A stretch of 64,000 nucleotides of DNA, taken from NCBI GenBank assembly GCA_040768585.1, contig JAXGMQ010000001.1:746392-810391 (forward strand). The letters are read 5' to 3'. A program made the position numbers and the translations under genes. Positions 19,512 to 27,670 of the stretch are shown in pieces. Position 1 is the stretch's first letter. The number at the start of each line of letters is the position of its first letter. Source of the DNA: Caldisericia bacterium (GTDB lineage Bacteria; Caldisericota; Caldisericia; JAAYUI01). The notes below the pieces were generated by a model. That model was given only the letters and a program-made list of their open reading frames with translations, was not told the DNA's origin and did no database searches.

Positions 19512-20972
19512 TCAAAAATCAAGCTGGTCAAAGATGTTGAATGATTGTAGCTTTTCGAAGTCTCCTGTCACATTCAATCTTATCCACACCATCTCATCCT
19601 GCTCAAACACTCTCAGATTCAGCTTTATGTCTGCCTGTCTAATCATCTCAACAAACATTTCGGGATACATGTCCAACACCGGGTTTGAGATATCTGACTC
19701 CGTCATTGACTCAAGCAAAAGACTGTAGTCCAGAGAGGCAAAGAGAATAGACGGTTCGGGCAGGTCATATCGGGTCGATTCCCAGTTGTTGATGATACTG
19801 GCATTGCTTCCAACAAACAGATAGTCACCCTCTGGTTTTGCAAACGCTTGTACAGACGGAGCTGCCATGCTTGGAGCGAAGAAATCCTCATCAATATCTA
19901 TTTTATCATAAACCAGATAGCCTCCATCGTCCTGGACAAGGTTGTACTCATCCTCAACAAATATGCTATTCATCAGTTCGCTTGCGGTCATATCATCTGG
20001 CAGGAAAATTGCGCCGATGTAATCACCGATGTCCCGCTCAAAATCAATCATATCGACCCAAAGACCCATGAGTCCATCAATTGCGATGTTCTCCTCGGTT
20101 TCAATTCCAGCAAAATCCGGGATGAAGGAGAGCGCTCCTCTGATAGGGCTGTTTGGTGTCATCGAGAGGATATCGGACAAATCTCTGGCGCTGTCAAAGA
20201 CCGAGTCGATTAACCCTGCAAACTCCTCGTTTTTAGGGTCAATGTCTTTGATTTGGTCTCTGCCTTCGATGAGTGCAATGGCAAATCCGGCTTCTTCACT
20301 TGCTTCGTCAATATAGATTGAACCCGCAACCTGAACTCTTTTCTCTCTTTCGATTACAGGTTGGGCATAGAAGGAGAGGTAAGGTGATTCCATGACTGAA
20401 TCGATCTTATCCCAATTATCCAACTGCGTGATGGATGGAGTATCACCGTTTTTTACGCCAAGAACATACTCAATCGGGTCCTTATCCTGTGAGATAAGCA
20501 CATACCCCTTATCAAGATAAAGCACCACATCATCGCTAATGTAGTAATCTTCCTCTGAGGCTATCTTCATGCCTTGTATTTCACTGAATACATCAACAAT
20601 TTTATCAATCTCCCTCTTGGGATTTCCCTCCCCTGAAAGCCTGATTCCAATGACGAGTTTCCCATCATCGTCAGTTGTAAAAAACCCAGCTATATCGAGG
20701 AAATCATAGTCGATATCAAGAAATCCCTGAAACTCTTCGTCTATCTCTTCCTTGAAAAGACCGAGTAGAGGCTTCGCCTGATCATAGACTTCACCCAGGT
20801 TGGCTGTGGTGTCAAACTTCAAAAAAACATCACAATCGATTCCAGCGTAGTTTTCTGGTGGAAGGAATTCGTAATCTCCGCCTCCCCTAAGCATGATGTA
20901 GAGGGCAACAGCACCACCAATCAACACTACCACCAAAGCAACAGCAACCGCCACAGCAACACTGTTTTTCAT
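19512..20972 (-). CDS. N-terminally anchored acidic protein of unknown function
   Basis: 486 aa with a single N-terminal TM (VAVAVAVALVVVLIGGAVALYIML). Strongly acidic. Same size and organisation as the next gene. Confidence 0.65.
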   Translation of the reverse strand: MKNSVAVAVAVALVVVLIGGAVALYIMLRGGGDYEFLPPENYAGIDCDVFLKFDTTANLGEVYDQAKPLLGLFKEEIDEEFQGFLDIDYDFLDIAGFFTTDDDGKLVIGIRLSGEGNPKREIDKIVDVFSEIQGMKIASEEDYYISDDVVLYLDKGYVLISQDKDPIEYVLGVKNGDTPSITQLDNWDKIDSVMESPYLSFYAQPVIEREKRVQVAGSIYIDEASEEAGFAIALIEGRDQIKDIDPKNEEFAGLIDSVFDSARDLSDILSMTPNSPIRGALSFIPDFAGIETEENIAIDGLMGLWVDMIDFERDIGDYIGAIFLPDDMTASELMNSIFVEDEYNLVQDDGGYLVYDKIDIDEDFFAPSMAAPSVQAFAKPEGDYLFVGSNASIINNWESTRYDLPEPSILFASLDYSLLLESMTESDISNPVLDMYPEMFVEMIRQADIKLNLRVFEQDEMVWIRLNVTGDFEKLQSFNIFDQLDF

Positions 20973-21073
20973 CCAGATCCTCCTAAATCAAATCCACAAA
21001 TCGTATAGAACAAACCACGCTGGCAGCTGCAAGCAACCTACCACAGAACGTTGCAGCTGCCAAGTAGGACAAA

Positions 21074-22504
21074 CTAGTATGTCATTCTGAATTCTATCTT
21101 GACAGCCTCACCATCAAGATAGAGTCTGGCTGATGCAGTGAGATTCATTTCACTCAGATATTTCATGCACTCCTTAAGTGTCATCATTCCCTTCTCATCA
21201 TTTATCGGGGACATAACCAACAAGTCATAGAGCTCATCGATGGTTGGGTTTAAATCAATATGCGCTGCAACAAGCCCCTCTCCTGAGAGTGGAAACACTA
21301 TTTCAGGCTCTGCTTTAAGTGAATTGAGCTTCTCAGAGAATACCATGCTTGTATCCGAAATCTTCACATAGTTATAGAGCCAACTCAAATCACCCCAATG
21401 GTAGTCTTCTCCAATAGGAGACATGGCATAAATTCCTTCTTCGTCCTCAATCTCTTCGAGTTCAACCTCGTCCTCAGGTAGATACTTGTCCCTGAATAAA
21501 CCGATATCCTCCATGCTACCAAACCACCCCAGACACGTTTTGGGCATAAAATTCATGAAATCTATGTCCACAGAATAAGCGGTTGAGCCATCCTTGATGT
21601 CATAGCCAGAGTCACCGTATGGGATATCAAAACCGTATTCACTCCAATAGAGAGAACTCATCGCCATCTTTAAAAGAGCGTCTGGCATCGTGTTTATAAA
21701 TCCTGAGACGTCACTTTGGTTTGCTATGAACGTGTTGAATAAGTCTGTGTATTCCTCTGGCACTAATTTTTTCACAGCGTTGATGCCACCAACGAGCTCC
21801 ACGTCTGCATATTCCTCACCATCCCCGCCTCTTGAACTTGAAGCGATTGTGAGTGAGTTGTCCTGGTCAACCGCGAATCTGTTGAAACCACAGCTTGGAG
21901 TACCACCCATTATTCGCTCAATCTCTGCCCACTCTGGGTCAGCTTTGAAACTGTCATGGTTGCCCTCTTTTGTGGCAAGGCAGTTGTCAAGCAGGGACGA
22001 GTCTTGTCCAAGGTCTATGAACAGCTTGTTGTCAGTGGTACGGATTGTGACATAGAGGTCATAATCAACTTCAATCACCCAGAAACCACCCTCTTTTTCC
22101 TCGACCTCAAACATGAACATGTCGGCAAGTGAATTGATAAAATCGCCTGTCCAGGATGCGCTGTCCTCTGATTCGATGTCGAAGACGAATATCGTAGACT
22201 CAGACTCGTCGCCAATTGAGAAACCATCGAACTTCAATACGCTGTAGTCGACATCACCATCTCTGAAGTCATACTCGGGGAACTCAGTGAAAAACGTGTT
22301 GACTAACTCATGTTCTAGCATGTCGGCAAGCGTCGTATTGGTGAAAAACTGGCTGTATGACGTTGCCTCGATCGGCAGATAGTCCAAACCAACAGTTCCT
22401 ACCTTTTCAATCTCCTCATCAGCCTGTGTGGAGAGAACGACGACTCCACAGAGCAGCACCAGAGCAATAGTAGAAGAGATGATAATTTTCCAGATGTTCT
22501 TCAT
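21074..22504 (-). CDS. N-terminally anchored acidic protein of unknown function (probable distant paralog of 19512..20972)
   Basis: 476 aa with an N-terminal TM (IIISSTIALVLLCGVVVL). Acidic composition. Confidence 0.65.
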   Translation of the reverse strand: MKNIWKIIISSTIALVLLCGVVVLSTQADEEIEKVGTVGLDYLPIEATSYSQFFTNTTLADMLEHELVNTFFTEFPEYDFRDGDVDYSVLKFDGFSIGDESESTIFVFDIESEDSASWTGDFINSLADMFMFEVEEKEGGFWVIEVDYDLYVTIRTTDNKLFIDLGQDSSLLDNCLATKEGNHDSFKADPEWAEIERIMGGTPSCGFNRFAVDQDNSLTIASSSRGGDGEEYADVELVGGINAVKKLVPEEYTDLFNTFIANQSDVSGFINTMPDALLKMAMSSLYWSEYGFDIPYGDSGYDIKDGSTAYSVDIDFMNFMPKTCLGWFGSMEDIGLFRDKYLPEDEVELEEIEDEEGIYAMSPIGEDYHWGDLSWLYNYVKISDTSMVFSEKLNSLKAEPEIVFPLSGEGLVAAHIDLNPTIDELYDLLVMSPINDEKGMMTLKECMKYLSEMNLTASARLYLDGEAVKIEFRMTY

Positions 22505-22695
22505 AATATCCTCCTCAAAAGAGTGATTTTTTTCCTATGGTGTTGGACACATGCTTATCCATTCGATTTCAAACTTGAGCCAAACACCGTCACGCCCGGG
22601 CATTGTACCCATTTTTTATGAAAATACTACCCATGCCCCAGAATAAAAAGTTACCAAAACATGAACAAATCTAGATTTATCTAAAATTTCTGTAC

Positions 22696-22723
22696 TTGAC
22701 AGCGACCTCGCTATCCCTAATAT
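22696..22723 (+). promoter_or_regulatory. Sigma70-like promoter candidate for the rpsP operon
   Basis: TTGACA (22696-22701), a 16-nt spacer, then TAATAT (22718-22723). About 40 nt upstream of rpsP. Confidence 0.5.
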
Positions 22724-22765
22724 ATTCCAGTTGACTATTATCAAAACGAAAGGGGACACAAAGAA

Positions 22766-23068
22766 TTGGCCGCAAAACTCAAACTAATGCGCGTAGGCAA
22801 GAAGCACGCTCCCAGCTTCCGACTCGTGGTTACAGATTCGAGAAAACCAACAAACAGTGACTATATCGAACTGCTTGGTCACATCGATTTTGTCCACGAC
22901 AATGCAGTCACCAACTTCAAGGAAGATAGAGCTCTGTACTGGCTTGGTGTCGGAGTAGAATTCACTGAAGGCGCCAAGGCTGTGCTGCGTAAGACTGGAA
23001 CATGGGCAAAGTTTGTCGCTTCTAAAAAAGACGCCAACAACCAAGAGGCTCCCAAGCCCGAAAACTAG
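22766..23068 (+). CDS. rpsP: 30S ribosomal protein S16
   Basis: The N-terminus AAKLKLMRVGKKHAPSFRLVV aligns with the canonical S16 N-terminus (MAVKIRLAR.G.KK.PFYRVV). TTG start at 22766. Confidence 0.9.
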   Translation: MAAKLKLMRVGKKHAPSFRLVVTDSRKPTNSDYIELLGHIDFVHDNAVTNFKEDRALYWLGVGVEFTEGAKAVLRKTGTWAKFVASKKDANNQEAPKPEN

Positions 23069-23086
23069 AATCCAAGGAGGAATTCA

Positions 23087-23326
23087 ATGTTTAAAGACAC
23101 ACTACTCTACATCGTTAAGCAGCTAGTCGACAATGGTGACAAGGTTGACATCAACGAACTCGTCGGTGAGCAGCATCTTACTTATGAGATCAAGGTTGAC
23201 CCAGCAGATCTTGGCAAGGTGATTGGAAAACAGGGACGCACAATCAACGCCCTTAGAGTCCTCATTCGCGCCGTCTCAAACAAGCACGGTAAAAAAGCTG
23301 AGGTTAACGTAATAGAGGCTAACTAA
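23087..23326 (+). CDS. KH-domain RNA-binding protein (YlqC/UPF0109 family)
   Basis: 79 aa with GKVIGKQGRTINALRVLI (GXXG KH motif). Canonical position after rpsP. Confidence 0.85.
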   Translation: MFKDTLLYIVKQLVDNGDKVDINELVGEQHLTYEIKVDPADLGKVIGKQGRTINALRVLIRAVSNKHGKKAEVNVIEAN

Positions 23327-23731
23327 GTGCAACTGACTCGCAAGGTCATCCTCAAAGCGATTGTGACTGAGGATTTCAAAAGGCGCTTTGACGCCCAGAT
23401 TGGCAGTCTTATCTCCGAGATAAAGATTGAACTCGACAAGATCAAGAGCTCCGAGCAACAACTCATGCTCAAGGTCGGCAGCCTGGACTACAACCAGGTG
23501 ATGCAGGTTCGAGAACAGCTCGAGGGCGAAAAGCACAGCCGAGAAAGCACCATCAAGGAACTTGAGACGAGACTGAAACAGGTCAAGGATATGAAAGAGG
23601 GAGACCTCTTTACTCAAGGCACACTCGACAGCATCGTTGATGTCGAGATTGGTGATAATCTCGACACAAAGCTTGCAAGAGCGGAAATCGTCGTAAAAGA
23701 CGGTGTCGTTCAAAGCATTAAAGAAGGCTAA
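23327..23731 (+). CDS. YlqD family protein
   Basis: 134 aa with a GTG start. Coiled-coil middle and a C-terminal VEIGDNLD...AEIVVKDGVVQSI, as in Bacillus YlqD. Lies between the KH protein and trmD. Confidence 0.6.
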   Translation: MQLTRKVILKAIVTEDFKRRFDAQIGSLISEIKIELDKIKSSEQQLMLKVGSLDYNQVMQVREQLEGEKHSRESTIKELETRLKQVKDMKEGDLFTQGTLDSIVDVEIGDNLDTKLARAEIVVKDGVVQSIKEG

Positions 23732-23740
23732 GATTTTAAG

Positions 23741-24490
23741 TTGAGGCTGGTTTTTGCCACAACCTTTCCAGAGTTCTTTGAGGACTCGTGCAAAGTTTCC
23801 ATCATGGGAAGGGCGGTAGGGGCTGGCCTCATTGAATTTCAAGCTCTTAATATTAGAAATTTTGCAACTGATTCCCACAAGACCACCGATGACAGACCTT
23901 TTGGCGGTGGAGCTGGGATGCTCCTCAAACCAGAACCTGTCCTAAAACTCATCGATTCACTCAATCTACCTACAGGCTCAAGAGTTGTTCTGACAAGTCC
24001 TGCTGGCAAGACCTTCACTCAAGAGATTGCCCATGAGATGTCAAACGCTCCAGCAATTGCTTTCATATGCGGTCATTATGAAGGGGTAGATGAGCGGATA
24101 TCTGAGGTTTGCACTGACTGGCTTTCAATTGGAGACTTTGTCATGACAGGCGGCGAGTTTGCAGCACTTTGCATGGCTGACGCTATCACAAGGCTCATCC
24201 CTGGTGTGCTTGGCAAGGAAGACTCTCTTAATTTCGAATCATTCTCTGAGGGGTTGCTCGAATACCCTCAATACACAAGACCAGCGGAACTTGACGACAA
24301 GGTTGTTCCAGAGGTGCTTCGTTCTGGTGACCACACGAGAATTGCAAAGTGGAGACGAGAGCAAGCGCTCAGACGAACGCTTCTGCTTCGGCCAGAACTT
24401 CTTCTAGATGCCAACCTCACCAAAGAGGACAAAGAAATCCTCAAAACAATTGTTGAGCAGATGAAATCTGTCACAAAGGATTTGTTCTGA
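23741..24490 (+). CDS. trmD: tRNA (guanine37-N1)-methyltransferase
   Basis: TTG start. Motifs include DDRPFGGGAGMLLKPEP, ICGHYEGVDERI, SIGDFVMTGGE and LEYPQYTRP. Confidence 0.95.
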   Translation: MRLVFATTFPEFFEDSCKVSIMGRAVGAGLIEFQALNIRNFATDSHKTTDDRPFGGGAGMLLKPEPVLKLIDSLNLPTGSRVVLTSPAGKTFTQEIAHEMSNAPAIAFICGHYEGVDERISEVCTDWLSIGDFVMTGGEFAALCMADAITRLIPGVLGKEDSLNFESFSEGLLEYPQYTRPAELDDKVVPEVLRSGDHTRIAKWRREQALRRTLLLRPELLLDANLTKEDKEILKTIVEQMKSVTKDLF

Positions 24491-25032
24491 TGTTTGCAAT
24501 CTCGCTGGTTCACCATCCCGTGCTTGACCGCAGGGGAGACATCCAAGCGTCATCTGTGACACCATTTGATATCCATGACATTTCAAGATCATCAAAAACC
24601 TATGGCATCTCAAAGTTCTATGTCACACATCCTGCCCCTCTCCAGCGGGGGATTGTCGAGAGAATCCTGGGATTTTGGGAGATTGGCGGGGGCAAGCAGT
24701 GGAACCCACACCGCTCAAACGCCCTGCAGGTCGCTTGTGTTATTCCAACCCTCAAGATGGCAATCGAGGATTTCACCAAAGTATCGGGACAAGTCCCTCA
24801 GCTTGTGGCAACAACCGCCAGAGAAACACCAAACTCAATCTCATATGAAGATATAAAAAAGAGGTTTGACAAGCCCACCATGTTTGTCTTTGGCACAGGA
24901 TGGGGCTTGACTCAGGAAACACTTGATATGTGCGACCTCATCCTCAAACCAATCTATGGCCCAACCGACTTCAATCACCTCTCGGTCAGGGCAGCGGTTG
25001 CTATCATCCTTGATAGGCTTTTTGGTAGATAA
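24490..25032 (+). CDS. SPOUT-class predicted RNA methyltransferase (TM1570 / Methyltrn_RNA_4-like)
   Basis: 180 aa. The start overlaps the trmD stop (TGATG). HHPVLDRRGD...DIHDISRS...GTGWGL...DFNHLSVRAAVAIILDRL resembles my recollection of the trmD-linked Thermotoga TM1570 family. Confidence 0.65.
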   Translation: MFAISLVHHPVLDRRGDIQASSVTPFDIHDISRSSKTYGISKFYVTHPAPLQRGIVERILGFWEIGGGKQWNPHRSNALQVACVIPTLKMAIEDFTKVSGQVPQLVATTARETPNSISYEDIKKRFDKPTMFVFGTGWGLTQETLDMCDLILKPIYGPTDFNHLSVRAAVAIILDRLFGR

Positions 25033-25126
25033 ATGGTTTTGACACCAAATAATATTTAGTATACCACGCGGGCAGCAACACCGGTGTGAGTAATGCCGGC
25101 GCCCCGAAGAGGGGTTTTTTCTGGCT

Positions 25127-25345
25127 CTAAATCATTTTGTGGGCTATTTTCATTGAATCTTCGATTATCTGGATTTCTTTGTCGGACAAACCACAGAGTT
25201 CGTAGACAAGGCTGTCAAAGTCACGGTTGGTTTCTGGTGACATGCTCTGGTTCCACACACTATCAGTTTTTTGTATAAATCGTTGTGTCTCTGGAGAATC
25301 ACATGACTTCGAGTAATGAGAATAATACTCGTGTATCAGAAGCAT
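25127..25345 (-). pseudogene. Possible remnant of the C-terminal tail of a restriction-modification N6-methylase / type IIG enzyme
   Basis: The 72-aa ORF ends ...FDSLVYELCGLSDKEIQIIEDS. This matches the widespread LVYELYGLTEEEI.IIE tail of such enzymes. No catalytic domain is present. Confidence 0.3.
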
Positions 25346-25495
25346 TTTTGAGAATCTTTATCCTTTTGCTGTTTACTGTGTCGGCAATATCGAAGGATTT
25401 CCATAAGTTTGTATTCACATAGATTGTACAATGCTGTATCAATAATCATTACACAAAAGAGAATATCTTCAAAAAAGAGTTCCGTATGATATGAA

Positions 25496-25544
25496 AAACC
25501 TCCTCACCCCAACCCCTCTCCTCCTGAAGGAGGAGAGGGGGAAG
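25496..25544 (-). repeat. GC-rich hairpin repeat, copy A (inverted relative to copy B)
   Basis: CCCCTCTCCTCC-TGAA-GGAGGAGAGGGG hairpin (25513-25540). It is flanked by CCTCACCCCAACCCC and an A-run. Confidence 0.7.
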
Positions 25545-25737
25545 TTGAAAAGACAACTCGCATCCTTTTGGGTTGGAAAAGGAATAGACCGGAATCAACC
25601 CACTAAGAAAGGAGGAAGGAGAATAGGGCTAGCAGGCACCTTATTCGGAAAACCAACTTGATTGATCTATAGTGAATTAAAAAATGTAGAACCAGATATC
25701 GTTACTTCATTGTTTTCGATCTTGGTTTTGACACACA

Positions 25738-25787
25738 TTTCCCCTCTCCCTTATAAGGGAGAGGGGGTAGGGGTGAGGGTTTTTTTA
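25738..25787 (+). repeat. GC-rich hairpin repeat, copy B
   Basis: CCCCTCTCCC-TTATAA-GGGAGAGGGG hairpin (25741-25766), followed by GTAGGGGTGAGGG and a T-run. The reverse complement of copy A aligns along its length. Confidence 0.7.
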
Positions 25788-25879
25788 TGCCAAATATTTA
25801 AATGACATTGAAAAAACTAACTGTAAGAAGGCAATTTTATGCCTGTGAAGATCTAGATTTAACAGGTAACCAATCCAAA

Positions 25880-26434
25880 CTATGGGAGTATATGAACCCT
25901 ATTTATCGGCATAAATGTGATGAATGCTCTGCCGATGATCTGATTGCCTTTTATTGGGCCAAATGCCCTTGAGTCTCTTGACTGTGACGAATTGTCGCCC
26001 AACACATAGAACTCATCCTCTTGAAGCCTTACGCCTACCTGGTTCTTTGGGTCTTCTGGGTTCGGCAAACCGCCCTCAGGCTCGATAAAGTTAAAATTAC
26101 CAGCTTCTGTGAGTTCAACCCCATTGATTGTCACATGACCGCCGGCTACCTCAATCCACTCGCCCGGCAATCCAACGATACGCTTGATATAGTCGTCACC
26201 TGCTGAATTCGCGGGTTCAAAGACAATGATGTCGTTTCTCTTAGGTGAATTTGTTGCGTATGCGAGTTTGTTTACAAGCACAAAGTCGCCGTCCTCGATG
26301 GTTGGGAACATCGAGCTCATCTGCACAAGTCTTGGTTCAATCACAAACATCCTGATGGAGAGCGCTAGGAGCACCGCGACAACAGTGATTACGCCCCACT
26401 CCACCGATTTTCTAGTTTTGTCTTTTTCAGTCAT
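25880..26434 (-). CDS. lepB: Signal peptidase I (paralog 3 of a tandem triplet)
   Basis: 184 aa with an N-terminal TM. S26 motifs SMFPTI, YIKRIVGLPGE and GDNSSQSRDSR. Confidence 0.9.
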   Translation of the reverse strand: MTEKDKTRKSVEWGVITVVAVLLALSIRMFVIEPRLVQMSSMFPTIEDGDFVLVNKLAYATNSPKRNDIIVFEPANSAGDDYIKRIVGLPGEWIEVAGGHVTINGVELTEAGNFNFIEPEGGLPNPEDPKNQVGVRLQEDEFYVLGDNSSQSRDSRAFGPIKGNQIIGRAFITFMPINRVHILP

Positions 26435-26989
26435 TTATTTGAATGTGCCAAATCTATCGATTGGCCAGAACACAAGGAAGACCTTGCCGACAATCTTCTC
26501 AAACGGCACAGGCCCAAACGCTCTTGAGTCCCTCGACACATCGCGGTTGTCACCAAGAACGTAGTATTCATCTTCTGCCAGCTGTTCGCCGACCTTACAG
26601 GACTCATCATCACAGAGGTAATCGACCGTGTAGTCCGTGTTGTTCTTGTTACCGCTCTCTACAAGAAGCTTACCATTGATGTAGACTTCTTTACCTCTGA
26701 TATCAATCCACTCCCCTGGCAGACCAATAACACGCTTTATCAGATCTTCATCGCTGTGTCCCTTTGCAACCGGGTGGAAAACGATTATGTCTCCTCGTAT
26801 CGGCTCGCCAAAGGCGTAGGCGAGTTTGTTTATCACAATCTGGTCGTGTTCAAGCACTGTTGGAACCATCGAATTCTGGAGTACTTCCCGTGGCTCGATG
26901 GCAAATGTTCTTGTCGCCCATGCCATTGACACAGCTACGACAATGAGGAGTCCCCAACTTATCAGTTCCCGTTTTGCATTCTTACTCAT
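26435..26989 (-). CDS. lepB: Signal peptidase I (paralog 2 of a tandem triplet)
   Basis: 184 aa. Motifs SMVPTV, LIKRVIGLPGE and GDNRDVSRDSR. Its stop abuts the start of the next paralog. Confidence 0.9.
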   Translation of the reverse strand: MSKNAKRELISWGLLIVVAVSMAWATRTFAIEPREVLQNSMVPTVLEHDQIVINKLAYAFGEPIRGDIIVFHPVAKGHSDEDLIKRVIGLPGEWIDIRGKEVYINGKLLVESGNKNNTDYTVDYLCDDESCKVGEQLAEDEYYVLGDNRDVSRDSRAFGPVPFEKIVGKVFLVFWPIDRFGTFK

Positions 26990-27005
26990 CTATGTATCAT
27001 CCCTC

Positions 27006-27560
27006 TTATTTGACAGCACCAATGCGACCAAATGGCCAGACGATTGCAAAAACCTCGCCTTTTATCTGTGATTTCTCAATTGGCCCGAATGACCTTGAGT
27101 CCTTGGAGAGTTCTCTGTTATCCCCAACGACATAGTACTGGTCTACATCAAGCGTTTCACCGCCACTTGATGTGAATGCGGCATTGTCAAATATCTCTTT
27201 CTCAAACCAAAGCATATCAGCATCATTCTCATCGAGTAGATTGCCATTGATGAAAACCTTGCCGTATCTGATGTCGACGTTATCCCCGGGCACCCCAACA
27301 ATTCGCTTGACCATGTCGTTTTCCTCAACACCACCGAAGACGATAACATCACCCCTGTCCGGGGGGTTGAGGGTGTATGCGAGCTTGTTGACAAGGATCA
27401 GGTCTCCGTCGTGAAGGGTTGGCATCATGGAACGCTGCTCAACCTGTCTTGGCTCAAGCACAAACATCCGAACCGACACCAGCACGAGCGCCAACACAAT
27501 AACAGACACCGCAAGCAGGATTGAGTTTCTAACTGATTTGCTGTAGGTCATATCACTCAT
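27006..27560 (-). CDS. lepB: Signal peptidase I (paralog 1 of a tandem triplet)
   Basis: 184 aa. Motifs SMMPTL, MVKRIVGVPGD and GDNRELSKDSR. Confidence 0.9.
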   Translation of the reverse strand: MSDMTYSKSVRNSILLAVSVIVLALVLVSVRMFVLEPRQVEQRSMMPTLHDGDLILVNKLAYTLNPPDRGDVIVFGGVEENDMVKRIVGVPGDNVDIRYGKVFINGNLLDENDADMLWFEKEIFDNAAFTSSGGETLDVDQYYVVGDNRELSKDSRSFGPIEKSQIKGEVFAIVWPFGRIGAVK

Positions 27561-27623
27561 ACATCTTTCTTCGTCTGTTTACTCCCAAGTTGGGTTTATG
27601 TCGATAAAGAAATGAATATTGGT

Positions 27624-27664
27624 TGTAATACACATCTGTAAACGAATAGAAAATTGATTATAAT
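27624..27664 (+). promoter_or_regulatory. Candidate operator/promoter upstream of umuD
   Basis: TGTA-A-TACA-CATC-TGTA (27624-27640) gives overlapping short dyads. TGATTATAAT (27655-27664) resembles a -10 element and ends 6 nt before the ATG. No SD sequence is visible. Confidence 0.3.
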
Positions 27665-27670
27665 AAAACT

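Noticed and set aside
25101-25120. Intrinsic terminator after the trmD-operon SPOUT gene (CCCC-GAAGA-GGGG followed by TTTTTT).
   Set aside because: The stem is only 4 bp. It is plausible but too weak to list as a feature.
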